Positions 1 to 15,414 are shown, counted from the first letter of the stretch. The stretch is DNA of 64,000 nucleotides from the human T2T-CHM13v2.0 reference genome, Homo sapiens (GCF_009914755.1 NC_060937.1), one strand, 5' to 3'. The notes: a model not told the origin generated them from the letters alone. Made by a program: numbers and translations.

Positions 1-118
1 CCCTCCCTTCCTTCCTTCCTTGCCTCCTTCCTTCCTTCCTGTTGTCAAATGTAACAGAAAAGGAAGAAAGAAGAGAGGAAAGGCGTGAAGAAGGGAGGCA
101 AGCAGGAAGGAAAGAAAC
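1..118. repeat. (CCTT)n tract followed by GA-rich low complexity
   Basis: Pyrimidine repeat 1-40, purine-rich 55-118. Confidence 0.85.
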
Positions 119-236
119 AACTTACTATGTATGGTATTTAAAAATTAATCTCAGTTTATTATTTAGGCATTTGGTATCCTAGGACTCCTAGGGTTGCCTT
201 GGTTATGTGTTTTTATTTTCACGATGTATACATGTC

Positions 237-267
<31 letters not shown>

Positions 268-274
268 ATACATA
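237..274. repeat. (TG)n(CG)n microsatellite
   Basis: 38 bp of alternating purine/pyrimidine. Confidence 0.95.
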
Positions 275-929
275 ATAAAACTGTGAAGTTTTAAATGTGA
301 GATTACCAAAAAGTACACTCTGAATCATATTGTTTCTTTTGATATTTCCCCATTCACTCTCATATTCACACATATGCTAAACCAATAAAACTCTAGTATA
401 GAGCATTTACTTAGCATCTACTCAGTATTAGTGTGATTACTGTGCCATTTGAATTATATAATGAGAAATATATTTCTGTAGTTTTTAACTCTCTTGAATT
501 ATATTAAAGTCTTACATGTTTTTCCTCTGAACTTTACAAATTTCCTAAATTTAAGAATATAAATTTCAAAATGAAATGACAAAAATGTAAGCTCCTTAAT
601 GCTGTCTCTCTTATATCATCGGCCATTCTCACCTTCACACTTTATATTCCAACACAAGTGGGCTGCTTACACTTCTCTAGCCCAGTTGGTTACTAGGGAT
701 AAGAGATAAGTGCATAGCAAAGGCATATCTTCCATATCCCATCCATATATATTCTCCTCTGTATGGGGAGTTAAATTGCTAATCGGCATGCCAAGAATTC
801 TGACTTATGAAATATTGGCAAGGAGGTTTTCAATTCTAAAAGGTGGAGGATATTTAACTGTGATAACATCTTTAAACTATAACAATAAAATAAAACAAAG
901 AAATATATATACTAGGATTAAATTCTTAA

Positions 930-1210
930 ATAAAACAAGTCAAATGTTGCTTATTCTTACTTATAAGTGGGAACTAAATAATTTATACACATGGACATAG
1001 AGTGTGGAGTAACAGATCTTGGAGACCTGGAAGGGTGGGAGGGTGGGAGAGAAGTGATGGTTGAGAAATTACTTGGTGGACACAATATATATTACTCAGG
1101 TGATCATTACACTAAAAGCCCAGACTTTACCACTATGCAATATATGCGTGTAATGAAACTGCACTTGTACCCCTTAAATTTATACAAATTTTTTAAAAAG
1201 ATTAAAAAAA
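930..1210 (+). mobile_element. L1 3' end (L1PB-like)
   Basis: ...actaaaagcccagactttaccactatgcaatat...gcacttgtacccc followed by an A-rich tail. Confidence 0.85.
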
Positions 1211-2345
1211 ATTACTTACTATTGCAAAATATTGCAAAGATTGGATGCTTCAACTTTGCTTGCACTGGCAATCCTATTCATTCCAGGGAAGGTATTGTAT
1301 GTAAAGCTAGGAATAAACAGGTTCTAAATAAGACTCCTAGGATTGTGGCTCTTTACCTTGTTTTGGACACTTACTGATAACATTTTTGGGAAATATAATC
1401 TTGACTGTCCCATAGGAAATAAGATCATCCTGCACTTTTTTTTCCCTAATGGAAAGTAAATATTTTATCTGAAGCAGAATAGAAAGCCAATTTTACATAA
1501 ATGGTATGCAAAATGAATGTATTGGTTTTAGACCATTGTTGCTTGTGTTCAAATAAATTAAAAAAAGCCCTACAAGAGAAATGACCTTTAAAAGGTCACT
1601 AAAGAGAAAAGAAGATGAGTCACAAACCACCCTCAGCAGAGCTGAAAACTGGGGCAATTCCCCAGAACTCAGTGTGTGGGAGGTGGTGGTGGAGAGGGTT
1701 ACCACGCAGCTAACAAGCCCCTAGCAACCACAGGGCGGTGACTCAGGGCAGAGACTCTCTTCAGCAAGAGAGGAAATGGCTCAGCCACTTCGAAAGACAG
1801 ACCTGAGATCTGCATCTACACTATCAGCACATGACAGCCTCCATCATCTTCAAAGGAAAAGGTTGGACTGTCTCTCCCTTATTCTTCCTAAAAAAACACA
1901 CCAGTTGCCACTAATCTTCATGTTAATGCAATTCCACCTGTATAGAAACTTTGGTCCATTAGCTGGAATGAAGCGTGAGTCTGTGATGTTTGTCCCAGCT
2001 CAAGCTGGTGCAGAACTTCATAAAGGGAAATTAATACAGTTAGATCATTTATGGGAAGAGAAAGAGAGAGATACTAATCGAGTTTAACTTGACGGCCAGA
2101 TAAGGTACAAAGAGTTTTGCCTACCTGGCTGTTCTTTTAAGATAGATCTGAAAACAGAACAAAGCAAAACAAAAAACCTAAGCAAACTACAGAGTGTAAA
2201 ATTTACCCAGTTATAAGAGTAATAAACAAGAAACTGAGGAAAATCATTCCGTGTGATAAAGTTTGTGAATCTCAATTATTATTGTGCATTTATGTGTCTC
2301 TTGAAACTGAGAAAACTGAGCAAATATCTATAATCTCTAGGACAT

Positions 2346-2858
2346 TGTTGGGACTCAGACATACCATCCCAAAATATGACTGGAGGAGACAAGAATATGC
2401 CATGCCAAAATATGCTTCTTTGGCATATTTTGAGCTGGTTATTCTGAGAATCTACAGACACAGGAGTAGCTCTGAAAAGCTCCCCTTGTGTAAGAGAAAT
2501 TTACATCTATAAAACAAATCTAAGTTATCAAAAGTATTTGTATCAGGAAGAGGGCTGCTCCAGACAACTTTTATTACTTGAGAGACTTATCTGCATAGCA
2601 AGACAAACTTCATTTACCATACTTTTTCCCCCATCACCCTTCCATAACTTGGTGCCTCCTCCCACAAGAAGCCCCAGGATGCTATATAAATTTCAATCAT
2701 CTGGCCTTTCTTCGAGTCTCATGTTTTCCGGGACTCCCATGCATATGCACATAACTAAAATGGTTTTTCTTCAGTTAATCTGTCTTATGTCAATTTAATT
2801 TGTAGCCCAGCCAAAGAACCTACAAGGATGGAGGGGAGCCATTTTTCTCTCCCCTGCA
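2346..2858 (+). mobile_element. ERV1 solo LTR (MER34A1-like)
   Basis: TGTTGGGACTCAG...CCAAAATATG duplicated motif ...CCCCTGCA termini. Confidence 0.75.
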
Positions 2859-4716
2859 AAGCTGTCTGAATTATTTCTGAACTTAAGGAATCCTGCAGCC
2901 AGAAAATTGGAAGACAAACTGAAATCTAACTGGATCGTTTGGTATTGGTGAGAGCCCAATACTAGGAAAATAATCTTATTTGGTTAGAAATCATTATCCA
3001 GTCCATTAGAGTATCTAATACCTGTTGTAACCTAATTTACAGATTTGTCTTATATCTAAATGAAAAACATATCATTATTCCATAGCATTAAACAAGCACA
3101 GTCCTGAAGCCACTTTGAGAAGTAAGAAGTCTGATTCTATGTTATTCCTGGTATTTTCATAGAAAGTGTTTTAGTGTAATAAGTCCTCAGATTTCTCTAA
3201 AGAAGGCTGCCAACCATCTTTTCCTAACCTGATCCCCAAGTACCATATCCTGTTATATACCTTTCCTTCCACAAAATATTGCATCCATAAAAAACAAAGA
3301 CAAACACAGGATAAAATGAAAAATAACAAAGAAGAGTGCTTAGAAATTACAAGCATAATATATAAAAGAAAACCTTTCATAGAAGAGATTAAAGATAAAG
3401 TTAATCAAATCTCCCAGAGAAACAAGAAAAAAAAACAAATAAAAAGACATTAGTAGAGAAAACATAACAGATTCTAATGATCAAACTGTAAGAACATCTG
3501 AAGTAAGAGGAGTCCAGAAAAAGAGAAAAAATTTCTTGAAACTGAGGCAATGAGCCTACAGATTGAAAGGCCACTGATATGAGCAGAGTAAATTTAAAAA
3601 GATCCACACCAAGGCATACTGTCATGAAATTTCAGAACATCAAAGATGAACAAATCTTGAAAATGACTTTAAAATTAGTCTATATGCAAGGGAATAGAAA
3701 TCCACATGGCATCAGACTTGCTAGCAGCAATTTGCCATCCTAGAGGATGCTAGAGGAAAATGAAGCCATACTTCAAATGTTTGTGAGACAATTATTTTCT
3801 CCTAGACAAATTAATGGTCAAGTATGAGGGTAAATAGAGACATTCAAAGACACATAATTCAAACATATAACTTTTGTAGGAAACAACTGGAGAATATATA
3901 CCAACAGAAGAAGGAGCATACATGACAGAGGACTCCAGGGTCCACAAGAAGGAAGAGATCCAATGCAGGCAGGAGGCAAAGGACAGTCTCACATAATAGC
4001 GAAAGGGTGTCCTACATGACTGCTGTGTAACAAACCAGAAATCAATAACTCAAGATTGGAGCAGGAGGACTGGGAAGAGCCTCCAGGAAAAAATAGAATT
4101 GACAGATTATCTGATATATCTGAGCACTTGGAAAATATTGATAAGTATTTGAGAGATGCGATGGAGCACATATAAAAATTTTTGATGAGAAATCAAGAAA
4201 TGAGGCATTTATTAATACTAAGAAATGACAAAATGTGGCAATTGTTAACACTAGGAAAAACAATGTTTTATATGAAAGAACTTGGCTCTGAAGGGTCAAC
4301 ATTTACCAATCATAAAAATGTCAACACTGAATACTGGCATAGCTAAAACTCCCAGAGATGGGATATGTCTTATTCATTTCTACATAATCAGCTCCTATTA
4401 ATGAGCAAGGTTCATAATAAACGCTCAATGACAGTTTCACAAATGAATGACTGATCTATTAAACATTGTAAAATCCTCTTTGCTTTCTGTCACTAAAAAT
4501 GTTATTCCTTCTACCTCTGAGAAGTATTGAATTAACTATCTCGGGAGAGTGAGAGATATAAGGAAAGTGGGACTGGTGGTATAAGAGATGTACATCCATA
4601 TTTATTATTAATAGGATATTAATAAATAAATTTGAAATTGATAAACAAGACATACCAGTATAAGCAGATTGTTTGGAAATATGGAGGTAAATACCAAAAC
4701 AACCCTGTATGAGTTG

Positions 4717-5672
<956 letters not shown>

Positions 5673-6639
5673 GTTGAAAATACTTTCTTCTGGGGAATGA
5701 GATGGAATTGGGCAAGGGATTACGGGAGTACTATAATTTTAAAATTGTTATTACAGTACTTCACTAAGAGTTCTCTTTCTCTCAGACACACATCCCTACA
5801 TCCTTCTGAATTAAGACTTTGACTATACAAGTGTGTCTATACAAGAGAGAAAACCAAGAATGCAAACTAATTTCTATTTTTACTGTAATTGAGTTTATGG
5901 ACTTCATTGACTTGTCAGATGAGAGAGTTAATTCCAACACGTTGTAAGCTCTCTGAAACAGAGCTTGTTGGGTTAAGGTTGGAATAGGATTGGGGTTAGG
6001 GATGTTGGGGTGCTTCCAGTGGAAGATCACAAGCCAGAGTGCCTGAAGTGGGAAGCAGAAGCATATAACCAGACTTGCCACTAGACCAAAGGGTGTCCTT
6101 GTGCAAATTAGGAAAACAAAAACAAAAACAAAAAAAAACATGCTTTCTCAAGACATTTTACTGCCTTCAGCCAGAACATCACGGTGATAAATACCAAAAT
6201 TCAGTGAAGACAATGGATGTGAACAGCTCTCCCCAGAATCCAGCATTGCATAATCTTGCAAAACTGTATGCAACAGCCCTGCCTATAACTAAAGGTGGGG
6301 ATAGGAGAGATGAGGGTTGTGAGGGCCCTGAAGAAAAACTTTCCCTATCTCATAATTTACTTAAGATTATTAAAGTAGATTTTTTTTTTTACTTTTCCTA
6401 TGGTGCTGAGGTAGATGTTAGTGATACAACAAATATTTCCTAAACATTCTCTCCCATAAACCAGGAGCTACAAAGATGGGACACGTGTCGTATTCATTTC
6501 TACATAATCAGCTTCTACTAACAAGTAAGGCTCATTAAAAATACCCAACGATGTACAAACGAATGGCTGATCTATTAAACATTGTAAAATGTGCTTTGCT
6601 TTCTGTCATTGAAAACGTTATTCTTTCCACCTCTGAGAA

Positions 6640-6870
6640 GTTAAGAGCCAGGGCTCTTATGGAAACTTGTCTGGGTTTGAGTTCAACACCACCACCTCCT
6701 AGTATAGCTTTGAGCAAGTTACTCCTAAGCTCAGTTTTCTCATATGAAAGATGAACTAAATACAGTATCTACTTTATGGAGTTATTGTGATGATTAAATG
6801 AGACAACCTTTAGAAAGTATGTCAGAGGTTGGCACACAGTAAATACTCAATAAGCTTTACTGTTATTACT
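6640..6870 (+). mobile_element. MIR
   Basis: MIR core (gcaagttact...ctcagttttt...gattaaatgaga). Confidence 0.75.
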
Positions 6871-6914
6871 AAGCCAAGCAATACTCATCTTTTTAAAATT
6901 CACCATTAATAGCT

Positions 6915-7350
6915 GTACCTCTGTTGGAACTTACATTGGTAGCTAGTAACAAACAACAAAAATAACATGATCTTTAACTGTTTTTGTCTCAAGTAAAAGA
7001 AATTTGAGGGTTAATGGATCTGTACCCCATAGGGTGGTACCATACTTATCAGAGACCCAGCCTCTTCTTACATTCCTACTGTGCAATTTGTAGCATGCTT
7101 CTATCTTTAAGGTGTTCTTATGGTCCAAGGTGGTTGCTGGAGCTCCAGCCACCATGTCTGAGTTCCAGGTAAGAAGCAAGGGAAAGGGACAAAAGTAAAA
7201 AAGAGTTCATGCAATCTGGCTATGCTTCTCTTAAGAAGCCTTTCTAGGAGTTTCGTGTTCAGCTGCCATGGAGGCTGTGAAAAGTAGTTTAGCTGATCAT
7301 ATCTTCTACCTGGTAAGAAGAAGAGAATCAATATTGGTTTGACAGCTTGT
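6915..7350 (-). mobile_element. Old MaLR LTR (MLT1 family)
   Basis: ggttgctggagctccagccaccatgtctgagttccagg motif. Confidence 0.6.
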
Positions 7351-8300
7351 CTCTTTCATAACTGTAAATTAGGACTCTAACATTGCCATCACAGTGATGG
7401 TTTAATTGATCAAAGCATGGCTCCAAAATTAAGTTATCTTCAATTTTTCCCCTGTGAAAGATATGCCAAAGCCAGTAGAATGCAGGTTTCCTTAAAGTTT
7501 GTTTGTATGAGAGTAATTAACTTCAAGGTATGAAACTAAGATTTTTGAGTTCTGAAAGTAAAACAGGTTGCCAGTCATTTATGTTTTGCATTTAGCACAC
7601 AAATATGTACAGACATATATATGTATTTTGTCATTCTGTACGTTGATGGATCATAGGATATCTCCAAATTGGTACAATATATATAAGGAATGAAGCCAGC
7701 CTATATATAAGGATCAACTCTTTCCTTGATCCAATCATTTAAAAATTACATCACTAATAATTAGCCTAGAAAAAAATGATCTGATAATTAACATACTTTT
7801 CCCATGAGAATGTTCTAAGAACTAAAATGTGATATAGAATAAAATATGAAAAATGTACCTTTTCCTTTGCAAAGTCTTACATTTTACATAAAAAATAATT
7901 TAAGTCATGAAGATGAGGTTTTTTTTGGAGAGAAATATTGTAATTCTCATGAGAATTAAAGCTTAATGATAAACACAGAGATATGGGCTTGAAGGACCCC
8001 AGCATGGTCAAGGCAGATTGGGATAGAAAATGCTGATTTCTGGGGTCAGAGGTGAATGTGAATGTCTCAGGAAATGAGACAGAAGTAGGAGGAGAGATGC
8101 AGCTCAGCTTTCACGATCTAATCAGTCCCGCTTGTGTTTGTTGCCATGTTACGAGTATGTGCTCATGGCCCTGTCTGCTACTAGCAGTGAATCATGCTTG
8201 CAAATAAATAAACATTAATAAATGAAGATGATTTGCATAATAAATTCCAACTTTAAGTATTAAGTCATAATCCTCACATCTGATTTTTCAAGTTCCCCTA

Positions 8301-8488
8301 TAAAGTTGCCAGATAAAATACAGCATGCCCAGTTAAATTTGAATTTCAAATAACTAAGGAATTTTTTTTAGTTTATATCTGCAATATTGCATAGGACATA
8401 CTTATACTAAAAAAATTATTCATTGTTTATCTGAAATTCAAATTTAGCTGGTGAACTGAATTTTTATTTGCTGAAATGGGTGAACTTA
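8301..8488. mobile_element. MER53 palindromic hAT MITE
   Basis: gttgccagataaaatacag...cagttaaatttgaatttc / gaaattcaaatttagctg inverted arms. Confidence 0.85.
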
Positions 8489-8568
8489 CATCAAGAAAAT
8501 CACACAATTGTGCCCACTGGTACCAGGACTAATATAAAGTTCCTTACCTCAACAGGACATTACCTCAC

Positions 8569-8711
8569 CTTTTTTTTTTTTTTTTTTTTCGTAAGAGACA
8601 GAGAACTTGCTATGTTGCTCCAGCTGGACTCAAGCTCTTGGCCTCAAGAAATCGTTCCTGCCTCAGACTCCAGAGTAGCTGGGACTATACACATGTGCCA
8701 CTCTGCTGGCT
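8569..8711 (-). mobile_element. Alu monomer (FLAM)
   Basis: Single diverged monomer with poly-T. Confidence 0.85.
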
Positions 8712-8895
8712 TAGCAATAGCACTTTTCTTTCTCTTTTATGAGTCCCCTCTCATCTTCTCCATGACCTTTATAGTTTTTTCAATCATCTTAGCTTTCTCA
8801 GAAAAGGGAAAAGGGGAAGCAGGGAGAGCTTAGGTAGAATTCCCTCAGCCTGTTCCCTAACCCTCTCTCCTCAAATGTTTGTGCCTGTTTTCCTA

Positions 8896-9265
<370 letters not shown>

Positions 9266-9460
9266 GAAAATCTTTCCCTTGCGTGGATTCCAGAAACTCA
9301 GCTACTCAGGGGTGTAGCTTCATCTCCAACTTATTGCTCCCTGCTGCTTCTTTTTCTTTGGCACATAAACAATCCAGGCTCTTTGATGTTTAACCAAAGG
9401 CCCCTCTTGGCTTTCTGTCACTCTTTCTTGGACACTCAAGCTCTTTGAGAAGCAGTCTGC

Positions 9461-9560
9461 ACTGGTGGGTCCCAAACCTGACTAATCATCAGCATTACCT
9501 GGGAAATTTATTTAAACTATTCGTTCAAGGTCCCTCTCCAGACCTACTAAATCCCAGGGA
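9461..9560. mobile_element. MER5-type hAT fragment
   Basis: ccaaacctg...catcagcattacctggg...ccagacctactaaatc. Confidence 0.6.
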
Positions 9561-9779
9561 AGGACCCTCCTATGCTTAGCCAGTTCTACCTCCTCAGTCC
9601 CTTTGGGCTCTGTCTCTGCCTTTGAGTGCCCACTGGCTCTGCTCTGGCTCAGGCAAGCATGACTCCTGCTAGGGATACTGTAGCTCTCTTTCAGCTGCTC
9701 TACCATGCCTTACATGCCTCTACTCTCCTGCAACACACTTCCAACTGATCCTCAATTTGAACGTCATAAATTCATACAT

Positions 9780-10220
9780 CTTGTCACATTCCTAATTTGA
9801 GTCCTTAAAGGATTTCTCTTTGCCTTCAGGATAAAATCCAAATTCCTTGGCATGCCTAGCAGAGCTCCTATTTATGTCACCACTCCTAACTGTGCACCCC
9901 AATCATTCATCACTCCCCACCCCCCAAGAATACTTAATCACCTGCAATTTCTCCAGGCACTGCACCTTCTTGTTTCTCAGGTTTTACTTGTACAACGTCA
10001 AAGCTGCTTCTACTTGGAAAACCTTTAGTCCACCTCTTAACCCCAGTCCTCCTTATCCTCTAAGACACAGGAATTACTCATATGCCTGTCTGCCTTTACT
10101 ACCAACAGTGAGCTCCTTGAGAACAGACAAGGTATCTGATTCATTTTCGTGGCCCTCACTGTATACCACAAGGTCATAATATTTAATAGACTGTTGTAGC
10201 TGCTTGTTAAAAGAAAGAAT
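9780..10220 (+). mobile_element. L2 fragment
   Basis: ggataaaatccaaattcctt and gtgagctccttgagaacag L2 3' motifs. Confidence 0.6.
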
Positions 10221-10262
10221 GCCCAGATGAACCACTGAATGATTAAATTAAAAAATATTTAA

Positions 10263-10599
<337 letters not shown>

Positions 10600-10729
10600 T
10601 TATTTCCAAGGGAAGAAGTGTTAGAATGTAAATTAAAATTTCTAAAGGCAACTGAAACTTAGGATATAGATTTAGAAGTGGACAGGATTTCAAAGTTCAT
10701 ATAATCAATTTTACAAATGCTGGCACTTA

Positions 10730-11084
<355 letters not shown>

Positions 11085-11207
11085 TCATTAAAACCAACTG
11101 GGAGCGTATTTACCTGTTTCTTGTTTTGTTTTTTACCCTTGGCTCTCTCACATTTCTTTTATCTTCCTCTTCCCTATAAAGTCCTACAATGGCTACCAAA
11201 TTTTCCT

Positions 11208-11504
11208 TTTTTTTTTTTTCCTTTTGACAGGGAGTCCCGCTCTGTCGCCCAGGCTGGAGTGCAGAGGCACAATCTCGGCTCACTGCAACCTTGGCCTCCC
11301 GGGTTCAAGCAATTCTCTGGCTCGGCCTCCCGAGTAGCTGAGATTACAGGTGTCCACCACCAGGCCCAGCTAATTTTTGTATTTTTAGTAGAGACGTGGT
11401 TTCACCATCTTGGCCAGGCTAGACTTGAACTCCTGACCTTGTGATCCACCCACCTTGGCCTCCCAAAGTGCTGGGATTACAGGTGTGAGCCACCGTGCCT
11501 GGCC
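11208..11504 (-). mobile_element. AluS inserted at the L1 tail
   Basis: Alu consensus on the minus strand. Confidence 0.95.
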
Positions 11505-12899
11505 TTAAATTTTACTTTAAGTTCTGGGATACATGTGCAAAACGTGCAGGTTTGTTACATAGGTATACATGTGGCATGGTGGTTTGCTGCATCCATCAAC
11601 CCGTCATCTAGGTTTTAAGTCCCACATGCATTAGGTATTTGTCCTAATGCTCTCCCTCCCCTTGCCCCCAACCCCACGTCAGGCCCTGGTGTGTGATCTT
11701 CCCCTCTCTGTGTCCATGTGTTCTCATTGTTCAACTCCCACTTATGAGTGAGAACATGTGGTGTTTGTTTTTCTGTTCCTTTGTTAGTTTGCTGAAATCC
11801 AGCTTCATCCATGTCCCTGCAAAGGACGTGAGCTCATTCTTTTTAATGGCTGCTTGGTATTCCATGGTATATATGTACCACATTTTCTTTATCCAGTCTA
11901 TCATTGATGGACATTTGGGTTGGTCCCAAGTCTTTGCTATTGTGAAAAGTGCTGCAATAAATGTATGTGTGCATGTGTCTTTATAGTAGAATGGTTTACA
12001 ATCCTTTGGGTATATACCCAGTAATGGGATGGCTGAGTCAAATGGTATTCCTGGTTCTAGATCCTTGAGAAATCGCCACACTGTCTTCCACAACGGTTGA
12101 ACTAATTTACACTCCCACCAACAGTGTAAAAGCGTTCCTATTTCTCCACATCCTCTCCAGCATCTGTTGTTTCCTGACTTTAATAATCACCATTCTAACT
12201 GGTGTGAGATGGTATCTCATTGTGGTTTTGATTTGCATTTCTCTAATGACCAGTGATGATTAGCTTTTTTCATATGTTTGTTGGCCACATAAATGTCATC
12301 TTTTGAGAAGTGTCCGTTCATATCCTTCATCCACTTTTTGATGGGGTTGTTTTTTTTCTTGTAAATTTGTTTAAGTTCCTTATAGATTCTGGATATTAGA
12401 CCTTTGTCAAAGGGGTAGATTGCAAAATTTTTCTCCCATTCTGTAGGTTGCCTGTTCACTCTGATGATAGTTTCTTTTGCTGTGCAGAAACTCTTTAATT
12501 TAATTAGATCTGATTTGTCAATTTTGGCTTTTGTTGCAGTTGCTTTTGGTATTTTAGTCATGAAGCCTTTGCCCATGTCTATGTCCTGAACGGTATTGTC
12601 TAGGTTTTTTTCTAGGGTTTTTATGGTTTTAGGTTTTACACTGAAGCCTTTAATCCATCTTGAGTTAATTTTTGTATAAGGTGTAAGGAAGGGGTCCAGT
12701 TTCAGTTTTCTGCATATGGCTAGCCAGTTTTCCCAGCACCATTTATTAAATAGGGAATCCTTTCCCCATTGCTTGTTTTTGTAAGGTTTGTCAAAGATCA
12801 GATCGTTGTAGATGTGTAGTGTTATTTCTGAGGCCTCTGTTCTGTTCCATTGGTCTATATATCTGTTTTGGTATCAGTATCATGCTGGTTTGGTTACTG
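11505..12899 (-). mobile_element. 5'-truncated L1PA (L1PA8-like)
   Basis: 3'UTR plus ORF2 C-terminal remnants (ORFs 11731-12093, 12217-12576); TSD ggctac(c/a)aaattttc at 11191 and 12900. Confidence 0.95.
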
Positions 12900-13361
12900 G
12901 GCTACAAAATTTTCTAATGCATCTAGTAACTCCAGCTAGTAACCTCAATTCAAATGATAGTATGCCTTGTCTATTTGCCTCTGTGCTAAATAGGTCAAAT
13001 GTTTCACAATCCATTGTCCAGCTCTTACTTCTGGCCTGGGAGTAGGATATTTCAACAGAGTAGAACAGGCTATTTCCTCCCACCTGTGCAGACATTTATC
13101 ATCAACCTTTCATGTTTTCACAATCATTTTTATTATTAATAATTACCTCCATATTAACTAGAAATTATACAATATTGAAGCAAAAATGATGTAAATAATA
13201 TTATCTTTCTTCAAGATATACAGGGATCACTTGTGTATGGTGTATGTATGTTGGATTTGCAAGCACATGTGCAAAATATTTATTAATCTATCTTGTATCA
13301 CCCTTTATGCACAAGATTTGTCTTCTCTTGCAAATAGGATAGTATTATTTTTTTCCCTCCA

Positions 13362-14097
13362 ATTTTTTTTACTGTGGTAATACACATAACATAAAATTTA
13401 CCATCTTAACTGTTTTTAAGTGTACAGTTCAGTGGTATTAGCTACATTCATATTATTGTACAACTGTCATCACCATCCATCTCCAGAACTCTTTTCATCT
13501 TGCAAAACAGAAACTCTACCCATTAAATAATAACCCTCCATTTTCCCAACCCTACAGCCCCTGGCAACCACCCTTCTACTTTCTGTCTCTATGATTTTGA
13601 CTACTCTAAGTACTTCATATAGATGGAATCATTTGTCTGCGATTGAATTATTTCACTTATTATCATGTCCTCAATATACATCCATCTTGTAGCATGTGAC
13701 AGAATTTCCTTCTGAGTAATAATGTGCTAAGTATATACCACATTTTGCTTATTCATTCATCCATAAAAGATACTTAGTTTTCTTTCATGTTTTAGCTATT
13801 TTGAATAATGCTACTATGAACATGGGTGCACAAATATCTCTTCTAGACCCTATGTTCACTTTTGGGGGTTTTATATACCCAGAAGTTATTAATAAATTGC
13901 TAGATTATATGGTAATTCTATTACCATATTAGTTTTTGAGAAATGGCCATACTATTTTCCACAATGGCTGTACCATTTTACATTCCCACCAACAATGCCC
14001 AAGTGTTCCGATTTCTCCAAATCCCCATTAACACTTGTTATTTTTCTGTTTTTTTTTTTTTTTTTTCAGTTGTTATCCTAGTGGGTGTGAAGGGGTG
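13362..14097 (-). mobile_element. L1MB 3' end
   Basis: aacataaaatttaccatcttaac...aagtgtacagttcagtgg. Confidence 0.85.
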
Positions 14098-14558
14098 ATT
14101 TGTTTTTATTATTAGGATTATTTTACCTAAATTGATTAATTGGATAGCTTAAAGTACTTTTGTTTCTACTGATAATTTTTTAGTTTGCTTCTGAAGCATT
14201 TTGTTTTTGTTGGCAAATGATAGATAAAACATACTGCTTTCATTTCCTGAATACTTAACTATAGTGTTTCTTTTTTTTTTTTCTTTCAACTTTTAAGTTC
14301 CAGATCTATAGTGTTTCTAACATCAGATGATCAGTGATCAGTGACCTTAAATTGATGACATAATCACAGGCACTTCCCAACCTTGATATTTTGTGGTAAA
14401 GTCAGAAAAACTAAGTATTTTTGTTTTTAAAAAAGGTCACATTTAATGACTATATATTTGATAATATTAAGAATTACTGTTTAGGCTTTTTTTTCAAGCT
14501 ATGATAATGGATATTGTGATTACGTTTAAAAATGTTCTTATATTTTAGTGGTACGTGC

Positions 14559-15230
14559 TGTCTTAGTTTAGGCTGTGTAACAAAGTACCATAGACTAGGT
14601 GGTTTAAACCAGCAGTCTCCAACCTTTTAGGCACCAGGGACCAGATTCGTAGAAGACAGTGTTTTCAGACGGTGGTGGGTGAGGAGATGGTTGGGGATGA
14701 AACTGTTCCACCTCAGATCATCCAGGCATTAGATTCTCATAAGGAATGTGGATCCTAGATCCCTTGCATGCGCAGTTCACAATAGGGTTCGCGCTCCTAT
14801 GAGAATCTAATGGAGCTCAGGCGGTAATGCTCGCTTCCCCACCGCTCACCTCAAGCTGTGTGGCTGAGTTCCTAACAGGCCATGGACCAGTACCAGTCCG
14901 CGGCCTGGGGTTTGGGGACCCCTGTTTAAACAACAGATATTTATTTCTCATGGTTCTGGAGGCTGAAAATACAAAAATCAGACTGCCAGCATGGTTGGGT
15001 TCTGGTGAGGGCACTCTTCCTGGTTCCAGACTTTTCATTATATTATTACATGGCAGAAAGAAAGCAAGAGAGCTGTCTAGAGCCCCTTTTTAAGGGCAAT
15101 AATCCCATTCATGAGAGCTCAGCCAAGACCTAATCACCTCCCAAAGGTCTCATTTCCTAATATCATCACACTGGGCATTAGGATATCAACATATGAATTT
15201 TGGGGAGGCACAACTGTTTAGACCATAACA
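14559..15230 (-). mobile_element. MLT1A0-like MaLR LTR inserted in an old L1ME (14400-15420)
   Basis: tgtcttagt...gaccataaca termini; diverged 5-bp TSD cgtgc/catac. Confidence 0.85.
14610..14924. mobile_element. MER1B (hAT-Charlie) nested in MLT1A0
   Basis: TIRs cagcagtctccaacc / tttggggacccctg, TSD (g)tttaaac. Confidence 0.9.
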
Positions 15231-15414
15231 CATACTAAAATATTTACAGACTAAATGATATCATGTCTTAGATTTGCTTCAAAACAATCCAGTGGAGGGC
15301 AGGTGGTGAGAAGAGGGAGGTTATAGATGAAACAAGATTGGTAATCAATTGATAATCATTGAAACTGAGTGATAGATTCATGAAGGTTTATTATACTGGT
15401 CTCTCTACTTCTGA

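Noticed and set aside
710-1377. Two adjacent ORFs (96 and 128 aa)
   Set aside because: Overlap an L1PB 3'UTR; no splice or homology support.
2360-2416. Direct repeat ccaaaatatg
   Set aside because: Appears to be an intrinsic feature of the MER34A1-type LTR.
11615-12576. ORFs resembling a conserved protein
   Set aside because: Broken L1 ORF2 C-terminus and 3'UTR of a 5'-truncated element.
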